A stretch of DNA of 64,000 bases from Candidatus Omnitrophota bacterium (GTDB lineage: Bacteria; Hinthialibacterota; Hinthialibacteria; Hinthialibacterales; Hinthialibacteraceae): positions 6,050-70,049 of the forward strand of contig JABLXU010000039.1 in the NCBI GenBank assembly GCA_013177805.1. The letters run 5' to 3'. The notes below the pieces were generated by a model, which saw only the letters and a program-made list of their open reading frames with translations, made no database searches and was not told the DNA's origin. Below, in pieces: positions 52,277 through 61,518 of this stretch (position 1 is its first letter; each line of letters starts with the position of its first letter). The position numbers and the translations under genes are program-made.

Positions 52277-52858
52277 TCAGGCCTTTTCCACGGCGTCCAA
52301 AATGGGTTTCAATTCGTTCCGCCGCTTGATTGATTCGATCTTCAGCCCCATGCGCCCCCGGCGCAACAAGTTCCAACCCAACAAAGCCTGCTTAAGCAGT
52401 TTGAATGGATTGGTCTTGAGGAACATCAGGGTGATCAGGATGCCTTCGTTGCTCCGCCCCCACCGCCGTACGATCTTGAAAAATTCGTGGGCCATCACCG
52501 GCGTAGCGAACCGTTTGGGATAAACTCCCTCGTCGATGGCCATTTGCTTGAAGGCGTACATCAGTTCCGTGATCTTGATTTTCTTGGGACAATCCACCGT
52601 GCAACTGTAACACGACGCGCACAGCCATATCGTTTTGCTTTGGAGAACCTCGTCCCGGAATCCCTCCCGGGTCATGGCCACCAGACGGCGCGGCGTAAAA
52701 TCCATGTAAATGGTCAACGGGCAGGTCGAGCTGCACGTCCCACACTGGATGCACTGATGCAGATTCTCTCCTCCGTACAACTCGGCGATGCGCTTCCCAA
52801 ACGTGGGATCCAACTCCGATTCGTACTTGATCTTCCGTTCACCCGTCCATACATTCAT
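52277..52858 (-). CDS. hdrC: Heterodisulfide reductase subunit C
   Basis: CIQCGTCSSTCP and WLCASCYSCTVDCP. Confidence 0.9.
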   Translation of the reverse strand: MNVWTGERKIKYESELDPTFGKRIAELYGGENLHQCIQCGTCSSTCPLTIYMDFTPRRLVAMTREGFRDEVLQSKTIWLCASCYSCTVDCPKKIKITELMYAFKQMAIDEGVYPKRFATPVMAHEFFKIVRRWGRSNEGILITLMFLKTNPFKLLKQALLGWNLLRRGRMGLKIESIKRRNELKPILDAVEKA

Positions 52859-53064
52859 CGATGCTCTCCTTCCCGTTGCCAGGACCGGTATTTCTTTCCC
52901 ATCGTTCTATCCCCTTTATTCCTCTCTTCTCCAATTCGTCAGTGGGCATAAAAAAACGCCTTTCCGGCTGCCAGAGAGATAGAGAAAAATTTAACTTATT
53001 CTTTGCGCGGATCATGATGCGGTTTTTCCCAAAAACCCGGGGAATGATTCGGGCTGTTCCTCTC

Positions 53065-53093
53065 AATGTAATTGACAGTCTCCTACCAGTCAA
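53065..53093 (-). promoter_or_regulatory. Putative sigma70 promoter of the hdr-mvh operon
   Basis: Minus strand TTGACT-N17-TACATT about 200 nt upstream of hdrC; overlaps a TTGAC-N12-GTCAA inverted repeat. Confidence 0.5.
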
Positions 53094-53439
53094 GCATGAG
53101 AAGACATATTTCCGGTAATTGGAGAACTTTTCTCACCAAATATTGTATATCTAGATCCCTATCCAATCCCATACGGACTAGATAAAACCACTGCTCATCT
53201 TGATTATATAAATTAAATAATATCAAACTATTCCAATCATTATAAATTCATAAATTTTAAAAAATAATTTCTCCAAACTATGGATTGCACCCCATTGCCC
53301 CCCATTCTGTATTCCAATTGATTCCACTTTTTTTCTCCACCTTTCCACTAGGCGCCATCTTGCGGTCTGTCGAAAAATATTGGATACTCTCACCATATCC
53401 CTGTGAAAAAAAGCGAGATATTTATCTAAGTTTATTTAA

Positions 53440-53456
53440 TTGATAAATATTATCAA
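53440..53456. promoter_or_regulatory. Palindromic putative operator
   Basis: TTGATAA-ATA-TTATCAA in the AT-rich divergent hdrC/FGGY region. Confidence 0.35.
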
Positions 53457-53535
53457 GATTTCTTTCCAATGCATTCCCATTGGATGAGAATTGGATAAAA
53501 ATGAATCGAATTAGGCTTCTCCCGGGAGTAAATTC

Positions 53536-55065
53536 GTGATGGATCCTAAAACCATCTTGCTAGGAATCGACGTAGGGGCCACCAGCATCAAGGCGGGAGC
53601 GTTCTCCCCCGAAGGACAACTGCTCGTCCTGGAAAGCGCTCCCAACTCGCCCACCCCCCAGCCGGGCGGCGCGCCCGAATGGCGGATCTGGGATCTGGAA
53701 GCCATCTGGTCGAAAGTCTGCGGCTGCACCCGCCGCCTGCGGGAGAATTTGAGCGGCGCGGTTGAGGTCAAGGGCGTGGCGGTCAGCGGTTTTGGCACCG
53801 ACGGGGTACCCATGGCTTTGGACGGCCGCCAACTCTACCCCTGCATTAGCTGGCATTGTGCCCGAACCGTTCCCCAAGCGCGCCAAAGCAATGCCATTCT
53901 AGGCGCACAACGGATCTACGAAATCACCGGGTACCACAACTATCCCATCAACACCCTGAACCGCCTTCTCTGGCTCAAGGAAAACGCCCCCGGAGTGCTT
54001 GAAAATACGGCTTACTGGCTGCATGTGCAGGACTATATCGTCTTCCGCCTGACTGGCGAATTCAGCACCGAGAGCACTATCGCTTCCACCACCATGTGCC
54101 TGCACCTGAAAAAGCGCGCGTGGGCGGAGGATCTGCTCTCCCAAGTGGGACTGACCTCCCGGATTTTCAGCCCCCTGTACGAATCCGGCTCGCGGGTGGG
54201 ATCGGTCACCTCCACGGCCGCGGAAGAATCCGGTATTCCCAAAGGCGCCCCGGTGGCCACCGGCGGCCACGACACCGAACTGGCCATCCTGGGGGCGGGC
54301 ATCCAACGCAAGGAAACCTTCCTCGACATCAACGGGACATGGGAAATCCTGATGGCCATCACCGATTTCTGCGATCCATCCGAATTCGGCCTTACCCACG
54401 GGCTGGATTGGGAATGCCACGCGGTGCCCGGGTGGTGGAACTGCCAGGCCCTGATGCTCGCCGGCGGGGCCATCGAATGGATCCGCCACCAGTTCTACCG
54501 CGACAGCCCGGACTACGCCACCCTGATGGATGAAGCCTCCCGCGCTCCCTTGGCCGCCAACCATGTGGTCCTGCTGCCCGCCTTCGTCCGGGGAATGGGC
54601 CCTGCCCAGGCGCACGATCCCCTGGGAGCACTGATCGGCTTGACCACCCAGACCACGCGCGAGGACATCGCCCGCGCCACGTTCGAGGGCCTTTCCTACC
54701 AGTTTTATCAGCAGATCCACGCCATCGAGCAGAGCCTGAACGTGCAGGCCGATTCCATCCGCGTGACCGGCGGCGGGCAAAAGAATCCTTTCTGGATGCA
54801 AATGAAGGCCGATATGTCCGGCCGCGCGCTGGATATAGTGCAAAACGTCGAATCCGCCCTCTTGGGAGCAGCCATCCTGGCGGGCATCGGTGGCGGTGTG
54901 TACCGCGACGCCTTCGACGCGCTGGACGCCATCCCCATCCCCGTGGAAACCATCGAACCGGACCTCGCCGCGCACAACCGCTACCAGGAGCACTACGAGA
55001 AGGTCATCTCCAAAATTCCTGAATCCATGGAGAAGACCTTCCGGCTGATTCACGATTTTGCCTGA
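53536..55065 (+). CDS. FGGY-family carbohydrate kinase (L-fuculokinase/xylulokinase-like)
   Basis: GIDVGATSIK, ISWHCART, GGHD, GTW, TGGGQKN, ALLGAA. Confidence 0.88.
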   Translation: MMDPKTILLGIDVGATSIKAGAFSPEGQLLVLESAPNSPTPQPGGAPEWRIWDLEAIWSKVCGCTRRLRENLSGAVEVKGVAVSGFGTDGVPMALDGRQLYPCISWHCARTVPQARQSNAILGAQRIYEITGYHNYPINTLNRLLWLKENAPGVLENTAYWLHVQDYIVFRLTGEFSTESTIASTTMCLHLKKRAWAEDLLSQVGLTSRIFSPLYESGSRVGSVTSTAAEESGIPKGAPVATGGHDTELAILGAGIQRKETFLDINGTWEILMAITDFCDPSEFGLTHGLDWECHAVPGWWNCQALMLAGGAIEWIRHQFYRDSPDYATLMDEASRAPLAANHVVLLPAFVRGMGPAQAHDPLGALIGLTTQTTREDIARATFEGLSYQFYQQIHAIEQSLNVQADSIRVTGGGQKNPFWMQMKADMSGRALDIVQNVESALLGAAILAGIGGGVYRDAFDALDAIPIPVETIEPDLAAHNRYQEHYEKVISKIPESMEKTFRLIHDFA

Positions 55066-55134
55066 ATCCGGATGGTCAGAGTAGCAGGAAGGGTTAACAC
55101 GCCGCGCTGAATTCGTCAAAATGCTTCACCGGTC

Positions 55135-55279
55135 AGCCAAGGATTGAAACTCTGGGCTTTTTAGGGGGTCCCTTGAAAAGAACGCTAACCGGATTGGATC
55201 GTATCATTAAATTCTTCGAGTATTTTGCCGTCCCCGGGTTGGTTCGGCCCTGCAGCAGCCCAGAGCTTCAGCCCTGGGC
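55135..55279. repeat. Inverted pair of REP-like palindromes (REPIN-like)
   Basis: AGCCAAGGATTGAAACTCTGGGCT (55135-55158) and AGCCCAGAGCTTCAGCCCTGGGC (55257-55279) are near reverse complements, and each is itself a hairpin. Confidence 0.5.
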
Positions 55280-55344
55280 AAAATCAGAACACCACCCAAT
55301 ATCGCCCGATTTTCTTTCCTGGGCAAAAAATCCGCCCAGGGATA

Positions 55345-55372
55345 TTGAAAACCGCCACACAACGCCTACAAT
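55345..55372 (+). promoter_or_regulatory. Putative sigma70 promoter for tRNA-Leu
   Basis: TTGAAA-N16-TACAAT, 33 nt before the tRNA. Confidence 0.45.
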
Positions 55373-55405
55373 AATCCCCTGCGAACCACGAACGCATCCT
55401 GTCAT

Positions 55406-55489
55406 GCCGGAGTGGTGGAAGTGGTAGACGCGCCAGACTCAAAATCTGGTGTCCTTCGGGACGTGAGGGTTCGAGTCCCTCCTCCGGCA
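55406..55489 (+). tRNA. tRNA-Leu (anticodon CAA), CCA not encoded
   Basis: Acceptor GCCGGAG/CTCCGGC-A, D arm TGGTAGAC, anticodon arm CCAGA-CTCAAAA-TCTGG, long variable arm GTCC-TTCG-GGAC, T loop GTTCGAGTC. Confidence 0.96.
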
Positions 55490-55573
55490 GGATTTTCCCT
55501 TCATCATTATTTATTTCTTTACTTCATGTGCCCCTTCTTGGCGGGAATCCCCGGGGCTCATTTGGCCATTCCG

Positions 55574-55607
55574 AAAAAATGATGCCCAGGAATAGGTCCT
55601 GGGCATC
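55574..55607 (-). terminator. Intrinsic terminator of gdhA
   Basis: GATGCCCAGGA/TCCTGGGCATC 11-bp stem followed by ATTTTTT on the minus strand. Confidence 0.75.
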
Positions 55608-55646
55608 GTCCCGTTTGCCACTCAATGCCTTATGCGGGTAGAGTCC

Positions 55647-57086
<1,440 letters not shown>

Positions 57087-57095
57087 CTATTGATA

Positions 57096-57135
57096 TTGGC
57101 AACATGGTGCCAAATATAATTGGAATTAGAATTCC
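57096..57135. promoter_or_regulatory. Tandem NrpR-type operators
   Basis: TTGGCA-ACATGG-TGCCAA (57096-57113) and GGAA-TTAGAA-TTCC (57122-57135); the second matches the archaeal NrpR operator GGAA-N6-TTCC. Confidence 0.62.
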
Positions 57136-57748
57136 GGTCAAGAGGCAATAGAAAATTTTGAGTTTTTTTGGCATTTCCAGTGGACGATGCACGGTTACCC
57201 AGAAAAATCCACCGGTTTTTCATGGATGCCGGTTGAGAGACTCCCGATTTATTCCACTCACCAGAGAAAAGGCCTAACGGAAGGGTAACGGACCACGTCT
57301 TTTTTTTTATTCCGTAAGGCGCGTATCCCGGCCCTCCTCCCTCCGATCCACTTACTTGAGACAAATCGATTGATTACCAGGGAATGAATCGTGGGCTTGT
57401 GGCCGCCGATGTCCATGAAAGTAGATCGATCTCATTCCATCTCTCAACTCATGTGAGATTGCGTTTGATGATTTCAATAAGCTTTGATGGATTCAACAAG
57501 ATTCTATGGAAGGGCCGGCGTGATCATCAGGAGCGCCTGATCCAGAGATTGCCAATTTCGGATGAATTCCCCTGGTTTTCAAGGAATCTTTGTCTATTAT
57601 TATGGTATGGAATGCCGGATATCTGCCAAATATTCGGACGAAAGTTGAAAATATAATGGTCAATAAATAGGATTTTTGCCATTAAAAGGCGAATTCAGCC
57701 ACATTAAAGAGACCCAATAGATATTTTTTCGCCAAATCGAGATCCTCC

Positions 57749-58768
57749 ATGGTCGAAATCAGCCAAAAACAAAAAATCGCCATTCTCCGGGTGTTGCGCG
57801 ATGCCCGGGAGCCTATCGGCAGTTCGATTATTGCGGAAGAAATCAAGGATTACGGCTTTGAACTCAGCGGCCGCACCATCCGCCTCTATCTTCAGGAGCT
57901 GGAAAACCAGGGTTTCGTGACCTCGGCCAAGCGCGGCCGGGACGGCGGCCGCACCATCACGCAACTCGGCTACGAAGAAATCCGCAACGCCCTGGTCAAC
58001 GAACGGGTAGGTTTCATGGCCAGCCGGATCGAAGCGTTGGCCTGCCAGGTGACTTTCAATCCAGCTACCCGTGAAGGACACATCGTTCTCAACGTCACGC
58101 TGCTGGATCAGACCCATTTGGCCGCCGCCGTCCGGGAAATGCTGCCGGTGTTCGAGGCAGGGCTAGGGATGGGCCATTACGCCGTGCTCATCGAAGGGGG
58201 CGAACGGCTGGGAGGATTTTATATCCCCCCCGGCAAAGTAGGTATCGGCACGATCTGCAGTGTCACTGTGAATGGCATTTTACTGGGTGCCCGGGTGCCG
58301 GTGGCCTCCCGCTTCGGCGGGGTTTTGGAAATCAACCAAGGCAAGCCCTTCCGGTTCACCGATGTGATCTACTACAACGGTACCACCCTCGATCCGTTGG
58401 AAATCTTCATCAAGGGGGGCCTGACCCGGGTGAGCGCGGCCGCCCGCCAGGGACAAGGACGCATTGGCGCCAGCTTCCGCGAGGTCCCCAATGTCTCCCT
58501 GCCTGTGGTGGAGCGGATTCAAGCAGAACTGGAGCCGACCGGCATGGGCCGGGGCATCTTTCTCGGCAAACCGCACCAACCCCTGCTCGATTTTCAGGTG
58601 GAAGAAGGAAAGACCGGCATGATCGTCACCGGCGGATTGAATCCCGTCGCCGCCATCGAGGAGGCGGGGATCCCCACCCTGAGCTACGCCCTCTCCACCC
58701 TCTACGAATTCGAGAAAATGACGCATTATCAAGAACTGTTCCGCATGACGGCCCGCCATACGGCGTGA
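57749..58768 (+). CDS. nrpR: NrpR-family nitrogen transcriptional repressor (wHTH + NRD/DUF128 domains)
   Basis: ILRVL..PIGSSIIA..RTIRLYL wHTH; TICSVTVNGILL, FGG.LE, YNGTTLDPLEIF, ASFREVP, GGLNPVAA. Confidence 0.88.
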   Translation: MVEISQKQKIAILRVLRDAREPIGSSIIAEEIKDYGFELSGRTIRLYLQELENQGFVTSAKRGRDGGRTITQLGYEEIRNALVNERVGFMASRIEALACQVTFNPATREGHIVLNVTLLDQTHLAAAVREMLPVFEAGLGMGHYAVLIEGGERLGGFYIPPGKVGIGTICSVTVNGILLGARVPVASRFGGVLEINQGKPFRFTDVIYYNGTTLDPLEIFIKGGLTRVSAAARQGQGRIGASFREVPNVSLPVVERIQAELEPTGMGRGIFLGKPHQPLLDFQVEEGKTGMIVTGGLNPVAAIEEAGIPTLSYALSTLYEFEKMTHYQELFRMTARHTA

Positions 58769-58781
58769 ATGGACCATTGGA

Positions 58782-61421
58782 ATGAGCCTCTTACAAGATC
58801 CCTCGATGTGCAACCGCTCTCTTCCGCTCAGCACCGGCCTGCCCGCGTTGGATGCAATCCTCCAGCAAATCCGCCCCGGTGACAATATCGTCTGGCAAGT
58901 GGACCGCATCGAGGATTACCAAGCCTTCGTGCATCCCTTCGTGCAATACGCCATCCAGGCGGATTTCAAGATCTTCTATATCCGCTTCGCCCGGCATAGG
59001 GAACTCACGCCGGAGCAGCCCGGCGTCACGCGCATCCAACTCTATCCGGATCAAGGTTTTGAATATTTCATCAACCGCATCCATGAAACCATTTGGCATG
59101 AGGGAGAAGGCGCATATTTCATCTTCGATTCGCTCTCGGAACTGGCCTATGACTGCTACAGCGACCGCATGGTCGGCAACTTTTTCATGCTGACTTGTCC
59201 CTTTCTATTAAAGCGGAGAGCCGTCGCCTATTTCGCCGTTTTGCGGAATTTTCATTCCTATCACGCCGCCTCGCCCATCGCCGAAACCACTCAGATCCTG
59301 GTGGACGTGTACCGCTATCAAGACCGGCTCTACATCCATCCTTTGAAAGTCAGCGGCCGCCATTCTCCCGCCATTCACCAGTTGCACCGCTGGGATGAAG
59401 ACCGCTTTACCCTCATCACTGAAAGCCTGCACGCCGCCGAAGTGCTCGCTTCGGTCCCCTGGCCTGGCTTCGATTCCACCCTCTACCAGATGGGCGCGTG
59501 GAACCGGGTCTTTCTGCGCGCGGAAGAGATCTGGGCCGAGCATCAACACCAGCCGGTCTCCCTGGAGCCGGTGGAAAAAGCCACGGTGCAATTGCTGCGT
59601 ATGACGTTCTCCCAAGACGAACGGCTGCACCGCATCGCCCGGCAGTACCTGCGGCTGCCTGATTTGCTGGCCATGCGCAAACGCATGATCGGCACCGGCC
59701 ACATCGGCGGCAAAACCGCCGGGATGCTTGTGGCGCGCGCCATCCTGCGCGAATCGGATCCGCGCTGGGAATCGGTTTTCGAGATCCACGATTCGTTTTA
59801 CATCGCGTCCGAGGTCTTTTACACGTTCCTGGTCCTCAACGATTGTTGGTGGCTGCGCCGCAAGCAAAAAAATCCCCAGGAGTTCATGGACGTGCGGTAC
59901 AAGGCGCAACAACGGATCCTGGACGGCAATTTTCCGGATTACATCGTGCGCCGCTTCGAAGCCATGCTGGATTACTTCGGCCAATCACCCATGATCGTGC
60001 GCTCCAGCAGCCTGTTGGAAGACAGTTTCGGCAACATGTTCGCCGGGCAGTATGAAACCATATTCCTTCCCAACCAGGGCACCCGCGTCAAACGGCTGGC
60101 CCGCTTCATCGAAGCCGTGAAACGCATTTACGCCAGCAGCATGTCGGAAGAAGTGCTGGCCTACCGCGCCTCCCGGGGCAACCTCGACCAGGATGAGCAA
60201 ATGGCCATTCTGGTTCAGCGCGTTTCGGGCGCGCGGTACGGACCTTATTTTTATCCGCACTTGGCCGGCATGGGCTACTCCTTCAATCCGTACGTTTGGA
60301 GCCGCTTGATCGATCCCCAGGCAGGCATGGTGCGCGTCGTGTTCGGCCTCGGCACCCGGGCCGTAAACTCCCGGCCGGACGACTACACCCGCGTGGTAGC
60401 CCTCAACGCGCCCAACCGGCGGCCCGAAAACGGCTCGGACCAGGTACGCCGGTACACGCAGCGCAATGTGGATGTCATCGATTTGGAAGCCAACCGCCTG
60501 GTCACTGTCCCCTTCGCGGAACTGGCCGCGAACCATCCCTCCTTCCCCACCACCATGTTTCTGTCGGGTGAAGAGATTTTCCAAGGCTTATCCGGTGAAA
60601 CGCGCCACTCCACGGAACCGGCCCTTTCCTTCGACCGTATCTTCAACGAAACCAACCTGCTCTCTGATCTCCGGGCCATGCTCCAAACTTTGCACACCGC
60701 CTACGAAGCTCCCGTGGAAATCGAATTCACCGCGAATTTCACCAGCCCTAAGGAATACAAAATCAATCTCCTGCAATGCCGCCCCTTCCAGCCCAAGGGC
60801 GGACTGCCGGCACACGATCCGCCGCCGGACCTGCCCCGGGACCGCGTGCTCTTCCGCGCCCCCGCCGCGGTGATGGGACGCAGCCGCTGCGACCGGGTCC
60901 ACCGGGTGATCCTTGTCCGGCTCGATGCCTACAGCGCCATGCCGCTCAATGACCGTTATTCGTTGGCCCGGGTGGTGGGGCAACTCGCGCGGCGGCGGGA
61001 TCCGCCGTTCCCCGGGAATATCCTCCTGCTGGGACCCGGACGCTGGGGCACCACCACGCCGTCGCTCGGCGTGCCGGTCTCGTTCGCCGAGATCAGCGGG
61101 GTCGCCATGCTAGGAGAAATCGCCGCCATGCGCGACGACTTGATACCCGAAATCTCCCTGGGCACCCATTTCTTCAGCAACCTGGTGGAGTTGGACATCC
61201 TGTATTTCGCCCTGGATCCGCGCAAGGAGGGATATTTCTTGAATGAAGAACTCCTGGTGGAGCGGGAAAACCGGCTGGTGGACCTGCTCCCTTCCGCGGC
61301 CCGGTTTGCCGAAACGCTCAAGGTGGTGGATTTCCCTGAGTCCGAAACGCTGATTTTCTATGCCGACGCTATCGAACAAAAAGTGGTGTGTTATATGAAC
61401 CGGGGTGTGGAGAGAATCTGA
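58782..61421 (+). CDS. PEP-synthase/PPDK-like dikinase: KaiC/RecA-like N-domain + ATP-grasp + C-terminal phospho-His-like domain
   Basis: STGLPALDAIL; IGGKTAG, VRSSSLLEDSFGNMFAGQYET, MAILVQRV, FGLGTRAV, LLQCRP; GPGRWG..SLGTHFF. Confidence 0.85.
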   Translation: MSLLQDPSMCNRSLPLSTGLPALDAILQQIRPGDNIVWQVDRIEDYQAFVHPFVQYAIQADFKIFYIRFARHRELTPEQPGVTRIQLYPDQGFEYFINRIHETIWHEGEGAYFIFDSLSELAYDCYSDRMVGNFFMLTCPFLLKRRAVAYFAVLRNFHSYHAASPIAETTQILVDVYRYQDRLYIHPLKVSGRHSPAIHQLHRWDEDRFTLITESLHAAEVLASVPWPGFDSTLYQMGAWNRVFLRAEEIWAEHQHQPVSLEPVEKATVQLLRMTFSQDERLHRIARQYLRLPDLLAMRKRMIGTGHIGGKTAGMLVARAILRESDPRWESVFEIHDSFYIASEVFYTFLVLNDCWWLRRKQKNPQEFMDVRYKAQQRILDGNFPDYIVRRFEAMLDYFGQSPMIVRSSSLLEDSFGNMFAGQYETIFLPNQGTRVKRLARFIEAVKRIYASSMSEEVLAYRASRGNLDQDEQMAILVQRVSGARYGPYFYPHLAGMGYSFNPYVWSRLIDPQAGMVRVVFGLGTRAVNSRPDDYTRVVALNAPNRRPENGSDQVRRYTQRNVDVIDLEANRLVTVPFAELAANHPSFPTTMFLSGEEIFQGLSGETRHSTEPALSFDRIFNETNLLSDLRAMLQTLHTAYEAPVEIEFTANFTSPKEYKINLLQCRPFQPKGGLPAHDPPPDLPRDRVLFRAPAAVMGRSRCDRVHRVILVRLDAYSAMPLNDRYSLARVVGQLARRRDPPFPGNILLLGPGRWGTTTPSLGVPVSFAEISGVAMLGEIAAMRDDLIPEISLGTHFFSNLVELDILYFALDPRKEGYFLNEELLVERENRLVDLLPSAARFAETLKVVDFPESETLIFYADAIEQKVVCYMNRGVERI

Positions 61422-61442
61422 AAGAATGGAAGTTTGCGCTTG

Positions 61443-61470
61443 AGAGACGGCCTTCCCCGCTGACCGTCTC
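61443..61470. terminator. Hairpin between the convergent dikinase-like genes
   Basis: GAGACGG...CCGTCTC stem in the 97-nt tail-to-tail gap; no clear U tract. Confidence 0.35.
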
Positions 61471-61518
61471 CTTCGCGGTCGCAACTTCTCTGCGGGGAAT
61501 TTTCAAACAATTCCCCGT

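Noticed and set aside
52243-52279. UGA plus GC hairpin after hdrC as possible selenocysteine read-through
   Set aside because: Read-through is out of frame with hdrB and gives no conserved sequence; the usual Sec positions in HdrA, MvhD and MvhA are Cys.
53440-53456. FNR box
   Set aside because: The TTGAT/ATCAA half-sites are 7 nt apart, not 4; kept only as an unassigned palindrome.
55406-55646. tRNA-Leu as an integration site for an island
   Set aside because: No integrase and no duplicated tRNA 3' end seen in the window; flanks are housekeeping genes.
57094-57114. Possible sigma54 promoter for gdhA (TGGCAC-CATG-TTGC on the minus strand)
   Set aside because: GG-to-GC spacing is 9 nt, not the required 10; better explained as an NrpR-type palindrome.
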